Assembly (NCBI GenBank): GCA_002269645.1
Contig: NIVC01002372.1
Location: 1-64,000, forward strand
From: Macrostomum lignano
Lineage: Eukaryota
Direction: 5' to 3'
DNA length: 64,000 nt
Positions 10,536 to 22,558 of this stretch are shown one piece after another. Made by a program: the position numbers and the translations under genes. How positions within the stretch are numbered: position 1 is the first letter of the stretch; the number at the start of each line of letters is the position of its first letter. The notes beneath the pieces are model-generated. The model did no database searches. It was not told the DNA's origin and saw nothing but the letters and a program-made list of their open reading frames with translations.

Positions 10536-12932
10536 GAGAACTCCACTGTTAGTGTAAGAGTTGCTCGTGGTCTGAATGGGCATTTAGAAGGTCTACTAGA
10601 TGAGACTGATTGGTCTGGAGAATTCTGCTTTGTACAAGCAGCTGATACTCAGTTTGGACTTATTAGCCGGTATGTTTTTATTTTATTCTTTTAATAAATG
10701 TACTTTTCAAACTAATGAATTTAAGCTTATAAACTCCATAATTATATACTGTTGTGTCAGGAATAAAATAAAAAACCACCAATAGAGCAAGGTCTCAAAG
10801 CCTGCTCAAGGTCTGTCTTTTCTCAGCTGTCTTCTTTCTTCTCTTTTTTTCTTCTCCTCTCCTCTCCTTTCTCCCTATCTCTCTTCTCCATCTGGCAATG
10901 GAGGTAAAAAATTCACTATAGTTCACTATTATTAATTATCTACATATAATATTCTTCTATTTCTACTGTGACAAGTATAGCATATAGGATTTAATATAGT
11001 TAAATTTTTCTTGAAGTTCAGACTATGAGCCTCTTCATGGTAATCGGTTCTAGAACCAGAACCAGTGTGAAATGAGAAGCTTCAAACCCATTTTATGTTT
11101 GACAGTCTTTACAATTTAATTTTGTCGTTTTTGACTTTGTTTCCTCTTGGATATGATAAAAAAGGAATAATTATGTAACAATAATAAAAAATTGACGATA
11201 TCAAATATATTTTACTGTTAAAGTGTAAACATGACAACGGTTCGAGAAAATTTCTCGAACCATATTCTAGAACCAGAACCATGTTCCGGAACTGATTCTG
11301 TTTTTCTAGCCATCAAGTTTTTCGAACCGGCGATATGAAGAGGCTCTATGTGTCAGTTTATTTTCCACTATAATAATGCCTACTAAAAATACAAGTAATA
11401 TTCTACTAGTCTACTTCAAGTAAACGGCGATGCAAATTCGCGCAGAAAAACAAGCTGATTAGTAATAATTCTTAACCAATATCAATGACAGCTACATCGA
11501 CAAGGCGGATCCTCAGCCAGCGGATTCGCCAACCAATCGCGATGCGGACATTGCCAAGGAGGTGCACTTAACTCGCCGACTTGTCAGCGAAGTGAACGCA
11601 ATTTCGCCGGCGCCTCGTTTTCTCATCGTCTGCGGCGATATGATCGACGCATTTCCTGTTGCCGTTAGAGACGAAAATGGCGAACAGAGGCGCGAGCGGG
11701 AACAGAGGCGACAGCGTCAGCTGCGAGCGTTTGCTGACTGTTTTAGACAGTTGCGATCTGATGTTCCTTTGGTGTGCGTCTGCGGCAATCACGATATTGG
11801 CGATGCGCCCACGCCTGAATCTGTGAGCAGCTCTTCGTGTCTTGAGGACCTTTGGAATGAGAGATCCCCAGTTGCTGGAGCAGCCTCTAAGATCCACAGT
11901 TGCTGGGCCAGGCTTCCAGAGTGTCAGTTGCTGGGCCAGCCTCCCAGATATTCAGTTGCTGGGCCAGCCTCCCAAATCCTCAATTGCTGGGCCAGCCTCT
12001 CAAATCCTTAGTTGCTGGGCCAGCCTCCAAGCTCCTCAGTTGCTGGGCCAGCCTCCCAGATCCTCACTTTCTGGACCAGCCTCCCAGATCCTCAGTTGCT
12101 GGGCCAGCCTCCCAGATCCTCAGCTGCTGGAGCAGCCTCCCAGATCCTCAGTTGCTGGGGCAGCCTCCCAGATCCTCAGTTGCTGGGGCAGCCTCCCAGA
12201 TCCTCAGTTGCTGGGCCAGCCAGGCCCAGCCTCCTAGAGTGTCAGTTGCTGGGCCAGCCTCCCAGATCCTCAGTTTCTGGGCCAGCCTCCCAGATCCTCA
12301 GTTGCTGGGCCAGCCTCCCAGATCCTCAGTTTCTGGGCCAGCCTCCCAGATCCCCAGTTGCTGGGCCAGCCTCGGGTTATCATAAAAAAACTCCAAAAAC
12401 TCCGCCACAGGTGGGCATCTACCGTCAGACCTGGGGCGACGACTACTTCGAGTTCTGGATCGGTGGCTGCCAGATGCTGGTAGTGAATTCTCAGTATTAC
12501 GTCAACAGCAGCCAAGTACCGGAGGAGAAGTCCGCAATGACTCGCTGGCTGATGACACGCCTCAGCCAAAGCAAACCGACGCATCGCATTTTATTCATGC
12601 ACGTGCCGCCGTTCCTTACTGACGCCCACTCGGATGCCGACAGCTACTTCACTTTGCCCAAAGCTGACCGTCTGCCACTGCTGGACGCCTGCCTTGAGGC
12701 CGGAGTGTCGGCCATATTCTGCGGTCACTATCATCGTAATGCTGGCGGAGTCTATCGGGATAAACTACCGGTTGTTGTCACTTCGGCTGTTGGCGCTCAG
12801 ATTGGCAACGATCGTCATGGCTATCGTTTAGTAAACGTTGCTAAGGACGCTGTTCGGCATAGTTACGTTGATTTGGCGTGCGAACCGGTTAATCTAACAA
12901 ATGGCGCGGATGGTTGCAAGGCGTGCCAGTGA
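10536..12932 (+). CDS. CPPED1: Calcineurin-like phosphoesterase domain-containing protein 1 (CPPED1); start-codon exon not located
   Basis: Exons 10536-10669, 11492-11822 and 12411-12932 with GT-AG sites in compatible phases (2, 0). Motifs: WSGEFCFVQAADTQFG, VCGDMIDA, VCGNHDIG, TWGDDYFEFW, FMHVP, FCGHYHRNAGG, VVTSAVGAQIG. Confidence 0.92.
11027..11346. mobile_element. PIF/Harbinger-like MITE in a CPPED1 intron
   Basis: TIR gagcctcttcat / atgaagaggctc; 3-bp TSD tat (11024-11026, 11347-11349). Confidence 0.75.
11866..12372 (+). repeat. 28-bp minisatellite (cctcccagatcctcagttgctgggccag), array 1, in a CPPED1 intron
   Basis: Directly visible tandem copies within intron 11823-12410. Confidence 0.95.
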
Positions 12933-13063
12933 TTTGAGTTAAGGAATATTTTTTACGGTAGCTATCGATTTTGAAAATTGATTTTTTTGAGAGCGTTTCG
13001 AAATAAATGTAGTGGAGGCTTAGAACTCTGAGTGGACATAGAAATCTTGCTTTTGTTGTCAAG

Positions 13064-13640
13064 ATCTAGAACTGGATACTATGGTTGCCAAGGAGATCTA
13101 AAACTAAATAACTTGGTTGCCAAGGAGATCTTGAACTGGATGTTATGGTTGCCAAGGAGATCTTGAGCTGGATGCTATGGTTGCCAAGAAGATCTTGAAC
13201 TGGATGCTATGGTTGCCAAGGAGATCTAGAACTGGATGCTATGGTTGCCAAGGAGATCTTGAACTGGATGCTATGGTTGCCAAGGAGATCTAGAACTGGA
13301 TGCTATGGTTGCTAAGGAGATCTAGAACTGGATGCTATGGTTGCTAAGGAGATCTAGAACTGGATGCTATGGTTGCCAAGGAGATCTAGAACTGGATGCT
13401 ATGGTTGCCAAGGAGATCTTGAACTGGATGCTATGGTTGCCAAGGAGATCTAGAACTGGATGCTATGGTTGCCAAGGAGATCTTGAACTGGATGCTATGG
13501 TTGCCGAGGAGATCTAGAACTGGATGCTGTGGTTGCTAAGGAGATCTTGAACCGGATGCTATGGTTGCCAAGGAGATCTAGAACTGGATGCTATGGTTGC
13601 TAAGGAGATCTTGAACCGGATGCTATGGTTGCCAAGTAGA
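13064..13640. repeat. 32-bp minisatellite (atctagaactggatgctatggttgccaaggag), ~18 copies
   Basis: Direct tandem copies starting ~130 bp after the CPPED1 stop. Confidence 0.95.
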
Positions 13641-14166
13641 TCTCTAAAACTGAATACTGTGGTTGTCAAAACCATTTCGAAATATAAATTGGTAGTGAAG
13701 AAGCTCCTTGTAGCCTGTGAAATTTGCACTAATAGGACTAAAAAATTGGCAGCCAAGTTCGTCCAGGTCACGTAAGGTCTAGATTTTGTATCGAAGAATT
13801 TTTCTTCAATTTTTACTTTTGAAAACTAGTTTTCTTCTTTCCTGGTTTCTCGTATGGGTTAGTGTTTTAACTAGCACCTGTGCCTATTTAGAAAAGAAAT
13901 AGTTTTATTCCAGATTATGTTCAAAACAAATTGAATCAATAATGTTCGATTGCTTCGTATATATTCGCTACCGCACATTGTGTATTTATGCATTCAATCA
14001 AATTTATCGTTGCCAAAAAAGTAAATTGTGTCGAGTAATTGATTTCAATATTTGTGATTTTTCTATTAGTAAATTTGTTTTTTAATTCATTGATATTTGC
14101 TGGATTGTAGGAGACAATAGGAAACAGTTTGTTTTTATGAAAAATCACAGCGGTCAAAAAAGTTTA

Positions 14167-15348
14167 TTATTGATTGCTCCCAGCTTCCATTAGCTTCATC
14201 CTGGCCAAGGCCAGCGCGCATTTGTCCTCCTTGTCCATCCGGTGAAACGCGTCGTTGCCTAAAATTTTTTCAACGCCCCATTTTGTTAGACGATTTAGGC
14301 AGACGGATTCCAGCTGTTGGCAATTGTAAGTTCTGGCTAGCGCGTAGCCTTCCATTGGGCAGGGTAGGTCAGATTCCACTGTGCCAGCATCGTAACTGTA
14401 ATGCTGATGATGCTGGGCGTAGGAGCTGACAATAAGTTCCTCGGCCGTCTCCTTGATATGATCAATCTGGTATTCATCAGCTAGAACTAGGATGGCCGGG
14501 GCCAGGCGTAAACTCAATCTGCGAGGCGTTGCCGGCTGCAATAGTAACAGTAGTTCTTCGATTTCAATGGCTGATTTACCTGGCAGCCTAATTAGACGCT
14601 TAGAATATGATTGAGCCTCGTCCTGCTCCTTAGTAACTGTCACTAGGCTTGCCTGGCTAATTATTTTAGCGAATACTGGTGAAGCCATCGTTAACAGATC
14701 GCAGAACGTGTGAAATCGTTTGCCTTCGACTTCGACTATTAGGTTACTGTCGGGATTATGTCCAGTCTCGGACAGGTCCGTTAACCGGACAGTCTTCTTC
14801 GGACTGGCCCCCAGAGGACAAGTTTGAGTAGACCTACTAGAGTAGTGCAGATTCTCCGGCGGAAACCAATCGCTGTGTACAATGTCGAAGTCTACCAAGA
14901 TTCGATAGCGATCCTTATAGTTGGCATCGTGTCGCACAAGATCCTTGCGTACCCAGAATAGTGTCGCTTCAAATTTATTAGTCCAGATGCTCAGCTTAGA
15001 TTGGAATGCTAATTCTTTCCAAGCGTTCTCTTTGCATAGGTATTTACAGCGCAACAGCAGGTGGCACGCTCGCAATGGAAATACTGTTTTAACTCTCAAA
15101 TAGAAAAGTCTCCTCTGGCCTTCTAATAGACAGTGCATCGAGCAGACCAGATTCTCAGCGGCGGATTTTAGCTCCCGAGTTTCCAAATCCTCAGACAATG
15201 GCGGATTCAAAGAGAAATCAATTAGGCGCTTTGCTGTGCACCAGCTTCCATTGTCAGGCACGTAGAACTGCGCCTGTAATGGGTGTAGGAATGCTGTTGA
15301 CAAGCGACTCTCTTCGTGCTGTCTTTTGCTCGCCTTCGCGTCCTGCAT
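14167..15348 (-). CDS. Intronless BTB/POZ-domain protein (393 aa) with a possible divergent MATH-like N-terminal domain
   Basis: True ATG at 15348. BTB signature SNLIVEVEGKRFHTFCDLLTMASPVFAKII...IRLPGKSAIEIEELLLLL...LVLADEYQIDHIKETAEELI. Upstream FW...DLVRHDANYKDRYRILVDFDI resembles a MATH C-terminal strand. Confidence 0.85.
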   Translation of the reverse strand: MQDAKASKRQHEESRLSTAFLHPLQAQFYVPDNGSWCTAKRLIDFSLNPPLSEDLETRELKSAAENLVCSMHCLLEGQRRLFYLRVKTVFPLRACHLLLRCKYLCKENAWKELAFQSKLSIWTNKFEATLFWVRKDLVRHDANYKDRYRILVDFDIVHSDWFPPENLHYSSRSTQTCPLGASPKKTVRLTDLSETGHNPDSNLIVEVEGKRFHTFCDLLTMASPVFAKIISQASLVTVTKEQDEAQSYSKRLIRLPGKSAIEIEELLLLLQPATPRRLSLRLAPAILVLADEYQIDHIKETAEELIVSSYAQHHQHYSYDAGTVESDLPCPMEGYALARTYNCQQLESVCLNRLTKWGVEKILGNDAFHRMDKEDKCALALARMKLMEAGSNQ

Positions 15349-16267
15349 ACTTGGTGTTGGATGTTATACACTGTCCCCGTGGTTTGCTTTGCTAAGCTTG
15401 AATGGGCTTATATAGTTGTAGCTAGGGGTGCCTAGTCCTGCTCGCCATTGATCAGTCATCATCATTCCCTATTCAAAACCGAGCCATTCACAGCTGGATG
15501 CTCAATCTTCTGGGGTTAATTAGTTTACTCCTCTTCCCCCTTTCCCTTCCTCTATACTACCGCTTCGTTGCTCCACGCGACTAATTATATTTTTTAATCC
15601 AATCCGGAACGCAAGAGAGAGGATCACGCGTTCCGACGTTGTTACTGAGGATTCTCGGCTGAATAGTCGCCTAGTATGCTAATTAAATCATAAAAAGCTC
15701 CTATACCAAAAAAACTGCTTTGATCTGAATAGTCACGAAAGCGCGGCGCGATGGTAGTCAATTTTTGTATCAAATATATGTATATCCACGAGTTATGTTG
15801 CCTAATTGAGTCAAGGCTTTAAGTCGTATGTTAAGCACAATTCGAAGCGGTTAGTACACAACTAATTAGTCTTAGCTCCGGTTTACACTGGTGATGGGAT
15901 AACTCCGTACCACCAATATCTAAAAATCTTTTGTCAAATTAAGCTGACACACTCGCCCGTGGAGGTTGTCTTGTGATGCACAACCGCCCTCCCCAAGGCA
16001 CTGTACTCAAGGTCTGTACATGCCTAATGATTATAAAGTCTAAAATACTTAGAGTATCCGGGCGCTGGAACGTGCTCAAGAGTCGGACGATTTCGTCAAA
16101 AGCTTTGCGTCAGGGTGCCCACAATCCCCTTACCAGTATATTATCTTTGTTTTTGTTATGATTTCAACTACTGACAGTAAGTAGTATGCATTCCGATAAC
16201 AATTTCAGTCGGTGCAATAGTCGGCTAAGTCAATTAAATCAATAAAGAACCAGTTTATCTGCTATCC
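15349..16267. promoter_or_regulatory. Probable bidirectional promoter region between divergently transcribed genes
   Basis: ATGs at 15348 (-) and 16268 (+) are 919 bp apart; repeat-free and relatively CpG-rich. No specific sites were identified. Confidence 0.45.
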
Positions 16268-19200
16268 ATGTCCTTCTCCTACTCCATGCCAACAATGGAC
16301 TCTAGCTGCACTTTAATAGTTCACGGTTTGCCGCACAATACAACACCAGACATCTTGGCTAAACAAATGGGCCGCTGGGGACAAGTTGATCGAGTCTTAC
16401 TCTGTCCGGATCCCGGCTACGTGCATGCCGACACTCTGGGATCTCTGGTTGGCCCTCTGTGGGCTCTAGTAGCCTATGTTGATCCTGCTTCAGCTGTGGA
16501 AGCCTTGAACTCTTGCCAGGAGTCTAATGTATTTCAACTCCGCCGATATCGATCGCCCACTGATCCGCCGTTTGATGAGGCTAGCGATGGCCAGCTGATG
16601 ATGCCTAACGCTGCTGGGGCTTCGGCTACGCCGACTCTAACTGGTCAACTCGAACTTCTGCGCGCTAAATGCGCTGAATTGCAGGTGAGTGGGGCTGGCC
16701 GTTGTTGGAATCTCCGCATATTTTACCTACATAAAAAGCTTTACAGAAATCAATAATGAAACCACTCAAATACAAATGTACCAATAAATACCAATATACC
16801 AATAAATCAAATCAAATATTAATCCCTAATGACCTCGGGTAGACTGAAATGATCCCTAATAACCTCAAGCGGACTAAAGTAGTCCCTAACGACCCCAGAT
16901 AGACTAAAATAATCCCTAATTGACCCCAGATTGACTGAAATGATCCCTAATGACCCCAGATAGACTAAAATAGTCCCTAATGACCCCAGATAGACTAAAA
17001 TAGTCCCTAATGACCCCAGATAGACTAAAATAATCCCTAATGACCCAGATAGACTAAAATAATCCCTAATGACCATAGATTGACTGAAATGATCCCTAAT
17101 GACCCCAGATAGACTGAAATGATCCCTAATGACCCCAGATAGACTAAAATAGTCCCTAATGACCCCAGATAGACTGAAATAATCCCTAATGACCCAGATA
17201 GACTAAAATAATCCCTAATGACCATAGATTGACTGAAATGATCCCTAATGACCCCAGATAGACTGAAATGATCCCTAATGACCCCAGATAGACTAAAATA
17301 GTCCCTAATGACCCCAGATAGACTGAAATAATCCCTAATGGCCCAGATAGACTAGAATAATCCCTAATGGCCCCAGATAGACTAGAATAATCCCTAATGA
17401 CCCAAGAAAGACTAAAAAATAATCCCTAATGACTCCAGATAGACTAAAATAATCCCTAATGACCATAGATTGACTGAAATGATCCCTAATGACCCCAGAT
17501 AGACTAAAATAGTCCTTAATGACCCAAGATAGACTGAAATAATCCCTAATGACCCCAGATAGACTAAAATAGTCCCTAATGACCCCAGATAGACTAAAAT
17601 AGTCCCTAATGACCCCAGATAGACTGAAATAATCCCTAACGACCCCAGATAGGCTAAAATAATCCCTAATTGACCCCAGATTGACTGAAATGATCCCTAA
17701 TGACCCCAGATAGACTAAAATAGTCCCTAATGACCCCAGATAGACTGAAATAATCCCTAATGGCCCAGATAGACTAGAATAATCCCTAATGGCCCCAGAT
17801 AGACTAGAATAATCCCTAATGACCCAAGAAAGACTAAAAAATATTCCCTAATGACCCCAGATAGACTAAAATAATCCCTAATGACCATAGATTGACTGAA
17901 ATGATCCCTAATGACCCCAGATAGACTAAAATAGTCCTTAATGACCCAAGATAGACTGAAATAATCCCTAATGACCCCAAATAGACTAAAATAGTCCCTA
18001 ATGACCCCAGATAGACTGAAATAATCCCTAATGATCCCAGATAGACTAGAATAATCCCTAATGACCCCAGATAGACTGAAATAATCCCTAATGACTCCAG
18101 ATGGACTGAAATAATCCCTAATGACCTCGAATTAGCAAAAAGCGAGCTTTAAGTCCTGATAAACCTCAAATGTAAAGTAGAAGAATAAAAATAGCCTATC
18201 AAGAATACAGGCACAATTCTTTGCTCCCACATTTTCATCCAGGCTGAGAACCAACGCCTAGCCAGCGCAGTCTACGACAAAGACAAAACCACACGCCTCC
18301 TGCTAGCCAACGTTGAAGCCTGGAAGCAGAAGCTCGACTGCGTTGAAAAGAGCAAAGCCCAAGACGTGCAGCGTCTGCAATCCTTCATACAAGATCTAGA
18401 TCGTATCGGTGAGCAGCTGGTTGGTGGCATCGGGGCGATGCGGATGCAACTAGAGGAGCGTCGAGCTGCCGAAATGGCCATGCAGGCTGGCCTGCGCCGC
18501 CTGCAGGAGTTGGAGAGGGAAAATGCTACTCTGCTGAGTATCCTGCATGGTGAGTGTACTTCCCAGTGAAACACCCACCCCACTTCCCAGTGTACTCGGT
18601 GAGACACCCACCCCACTCAGCAGTGTACTCTGTGAGACACCCACCCCACTCCCCAGTTTACTCAGTGAGACACCCACCCCACTCCCCAGTGTACTCAGTG
18701 AGACACCCACCCCACTCCCCAGTGTACTCAGGAGATACCCACCCCACTTCTAAGTGTACTTAAGGAGACACCCACCCCACTCCCCAGTTTACTCAGTGAG
18801 ACACCCACCCCACTCCCCAGTGTACTCAGTGAGACACCCACCCCACTCCACAGTGTACTCAGTGAGACACCCACCCCACTCCCCAGTGTACTCAGTGAGA
18901 CACCTACCCCACTCCCCAGTGTACTCAGTGAGACACCCACCCCACTCCCCAGTGTACTCAGGAGATACCCACCCCACTTCTAAGTGTACTTAAGGAGACA
19001 CCCACCCCACTTCTAAGTGAAAGGAGAAACCCACCCACCCCACTCCCCAGTGTACTCAGGAGAAACCCACCCCACTCCCCAGTGTACTCAGGAGAAACCC
19101 ACCCCACTCCCCAGTGTACACAAAGACACCCACCCCACTCCGATTCGCAGGCAAGCACAAAGACAATCCAACGCTACTGCAGCTGCTAGCCTCGCTGCAG

Positions 19201-19833
19201 ACAGTCAAGCAGGACCTTCGCTGGCACGAGACGGAACACACTCGCCTAACTTATCTACTCGGCCAGCGGGACAAGCAGTGCAGTCAGGTATCCAACAGAT
19301 TAGGCGAAGCTAAAACTCGCTTAGAGAAACTAGCCTGGGAGCAGAGCAGCAGCGACAACCAGCAAACTGCTGTTGTTGTACGCGAATTAGTCATTGAACG
19401 GGACAGATTGAAGGCTCAATTAGCAGCCGTAGGCGTTGCCCCAGACCAGCAACAGCAGAAGCAGCAGCGGCAGGCTACTCCGCCGCCGCCACCCGCCATG
19501 ACCGTGGTGAAGTCATCGAGTGTGCCAGTATTCGATGACGATGCCGAGTCTGAGGATTTCGACGCCAACGCTGAGAATTTGGCACCCGCGACGCCGCAGG
19601 CTCCGATCGGGACGCCAAAGGCTAACAAGCCTCTGCTGGCTCCCATTGGATCTGGCAGGCGCTCTAAGCTGAATTCTTCTACTACTAATAGTAGTAAAGC
19701 TGCCGCTAGCAACGACTGCAACGAGTCGCCGTCTGCCGCCCTGTCTGCCGCTTTTAACCGCATGACTGTCGGCGGCGGAGGTAACGGTGGAGGCAGCCGC
19801 CGACCTCCGCTTGGCTCCCTGCAGCTGCAGTGA
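16268..19833 (+). CDS. RRM-like domain + coiled-coil + low-complexity tail protein (~468 aa)
   Basis: Exons 16268-16684, 18243-18549 and 19151-19833 (1407 nt, phases 0 and 1, canonical GT-AG). CTLIVHGLPHNTT (RNP2-like) and ALVAYVDPASAVEAL (RNP1-like), then heptad-rich exons 2-3. Confidence 0.8.
16822..18128. repeat. 30-bp minisatellite (gtccctaatgaccccagatagactaaaata) with ~420-bp higher-order duplication
   Basis: Fills intron 1 of the RRM gene; a variant block at ~17341 recurs at ~17762. Confidence 0.95.
18553..19140. repeat. 33-bp minisatellite (agtgagacacccaccccactccccagtgtactc)
   Basis: Fills essentially all of intron 2 (18550-19150) of the RRM gene. Confidence 0.95.
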
Positions 19834-19904
19834 GCAGTGCGCAGTGTCTGCAGGGTTGAACTCCGTCAGGTGTTTTTTTTCAGGTAACTTAGTAGCGTTT
19901 TTGA

Positions 19905-20335
19905 GGGTTTTGTGACTTGTGAAATTTTTTAGGGTTGTTTAGGCGATTTTTAGAATAGTTTAGGTGATAATTTTAGGGTTGTTAACGAGTTTTTGGAATA
20001 GTTTAGGTGATTATTTTAGGGAAGTTTAGGTGATTTTTTAGTGTAGTTTAGGTGACTTTTTTAGGATAGTTCAGGTAATCATTTTAGGGTAGTTTAGGGG
20101 ATATTTTTGGTATAGTATAGGTGATTATTTTAGGGTAGTTTAGGTGATTATTTTAGGTTATTTTAGGTGACTTTTTATGGTAGTTTAAGTTCGTGTAGGC
20201 CATTTTTAGGGTAGTTTAGGCGAATAATTTAGGATAGCTTAGGTGATTATTTTAGTGTCCTGTTGCTGATTGTTTTAGGGTAGTTTAAGACGACTATATT
20301 TAGGTTAGTTTAGGCAATTTTTCGGGCTGTTTGGG
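19905..20335. repeat. Degenerate ~23-bp repeat (gattattttagggtagtttaggt)
   Basis: Repeated tttagg(g)tagtttaggtga motif starting ~70 bp after the RRM gene stop. Confidence 0.8.
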
Positions 20336-21445
20336 TAATTCAAAATCACCAAATTTGATAAAAATTTAAATCTAAGAGTATTTATAATACCATAATTTTT
20401 ATAAAATTTAGGAAAGTCTAAAATTAGGACTGTTAATATTGTGCTCCGCCAACGGTTTTCCTGTCAGCTATTTTTATATCAATTTTTATCCTTTTAAAGC
20501 ATTTTAAAACATTACCCAATGCATACATTTGTATCCGTTTATACTCAATTAGTCCAGCTATTTTTCTAATTTAATATTTTTAAATTGGTGCTACTTTTAG
20601 TAATACAGCAGTGACATTTCTACTTTTGCTATGCGTTTCTGTAAGGTGTAGTTAAAAAATTATATTATTGCTTTATTTATAAATATCCATGTGTTTTCGC
20701 AAGCAGAATGTTGTCAATTTTGCTTATTGTCTGAGTCCTTTCTCAGATAAGTTTGCAATTCCTTCAGGAAAAACCAATTATATCGTAACACTTTTTGGTT
20801 TCTTTTCTATTAAATAATATTTTGTTGAATATCTGTGCAATTTCTTGATTAAAAACAGTTTTTTTCTTTAAATTGATTTTTCGGTGAACCAGTCTATAGA
20901 ATTGCGCAGTTGAAAACCTTTGCTGAATTTTTGTTTTAATTAATTCTTTGATTTTCCCTGAGGCTCTAAATTTTGCAAAGTCTGTTGTCACTTTCATCTC
21001 ATACTGTACTACACATGACCCTCCGTGTTTATTCACCATTCAATTAGTTGCGCTACACTAATTTTGAATTCGTACGATCAATTATAACAAATTTATGTTT
21101 AATCTCGCACCGCGCTTAATCCGACTGTTATTTAATCGCGTTAAATGATTTTTAATATAAAATTGAAACAAAATATACCCAAAAATATTAGTTCATTGTC
21201 AAGCCCTTTGTAGCAACAATTATTTAACTATTTAAATTTGTTATTTAGCTCTGTTATTTTCACTCAACTGCACTGCCAACTCAAAGAAATTGACTAGCTC
21301 TTGATACTTGACCGAATACTCGTTCTTATATTGGCTCCGATTCTAAGCACCGCATTTGGCATTGACCTGCCAGCAAGTCAACCTGCATGGCTTGTGTTAT
21401 TTATGTACTTCAGCTGAACAGCACCCTCCGAAGCTTGTGTAATTG

Positions 21446-22468
21446 TCCCAGCCTCCCAGATCCTCAGTTGCTGGGCCAGCCTCCCAGATCCCCAGTTGCT
21501 GGGCCAGCCTCCCAGATCCCCAGTTGCTGGGCCAGCCTCCCAGAGTGTCAGTTGCTGGGCCAGCCTCCCAGATCATCAGTTGCTGGGCCAGCCTCCCAGA
21601 TCCTCAGTTGCTGGGCCAGCCTCCCAGATCCTCAGTTTCTGGGCCAGCCTCCCAAATCCTTAGTTGCTGGGCCAGCCTCCCAGATCCTCACTTTCTGGAC
21701 CAGCCTCCCAGATCCTCAGTTGCTGGGGCAGCCTCCCAGATCCTCAGTTGCTGGGCCAGCCTCCCAGAGTGTCAGTTGCTGGGCCAGCCTCCCAGATCAT
21801 CAGTTGCTGGGCCAGCCTCCCAGATCCTCAGTTGCTGGGCCAGCCTCCCAGATCCTCAGTTGCTGGGCCAGCCTCCCAGATTCCCAGTTGCTGGGCCAGC
21901 CTCCCAGATCCCCAGTTGCTGGGCCAGCCTTCCAAAGTGTCAGTTGCTGGGCCAGCCTTCCAGCTCCTCAGTTTCTGGGCCAGCCTCCCAGATCCTCAGT
22001 TGCTGGGCCAGCCTCCCAGAGTGTCAGTGTCTGGGCCAGCCTTCCAGCTCCTCAGTTTCTGGGCCAGCCTCCCAGAATGTCAGTTGCTGGGCCAGCCTCC
22101 CAGATCCTCAGTTGCTGGGCCAGCCTCCCAGAGTGTCAGTGTCTGGGCCAGCCTTGCAGCTCCTCAGTTTCTGGGCCAGCCTTCCAGCTCCTCAGTTTCT
22201 GGGCCAGCCTCCCAGAGTGTCAGTTGCTGGGCCAGCCTCCCAGATCATCAGTTGCTGGGCCAACCTCCCAGATCCTCAGTTGCTGGGCCAGCCTCCCAGA
22301 TCCTCAGTTGCTGGGCCAGCCTCCCAGATCCTCAGTTGCTGGGCCAGCCTCCCAGATCCCCAGTTGCTGGGCCAGCCTTCCAAAGTGTCAGTTGCTGGGC
22401 CAGCCTTCCAGCTCCTCAGTTGCTGGGCCAGCCTTCCAGCTCCTCAGTTTCTGGGCCAGCCTCCCAGA
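21446..22468 (+). repeat. 28-bp minisatellite, array 2
   Basis: Same unit and orientation as 11866-12372. Confidence 0.95.
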
Positions 22469-22558
22469 GGCTAATCGGCTGTAATTGTAACAATCTCGTG
22501 CTCAAACCACACTGTAGCAAAGAAGAAAGGCATACTCTACATATATTTAAATATATAA

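Noticed and set aside
13064-13640. CRISPR-like regular repeats (also 34621-34992 and 7217-7327)
   Set aside because: Units are contiguous with no unique spacers, there are no cas genes, and the context is eukaryotic.
19905-20335. Telomere-like TTAGGG/TTTAGG motifs
   Set aside because: Embedded in a degenerate 23-bp unit, not a hexamer array; no evidence of a telomere or fusion site.
20764-21039. 91-aa Lys-rich minus-strand ORF, possible transposase remnant
   Set aside because: No recognisable motif; AT-rich; could be chance.
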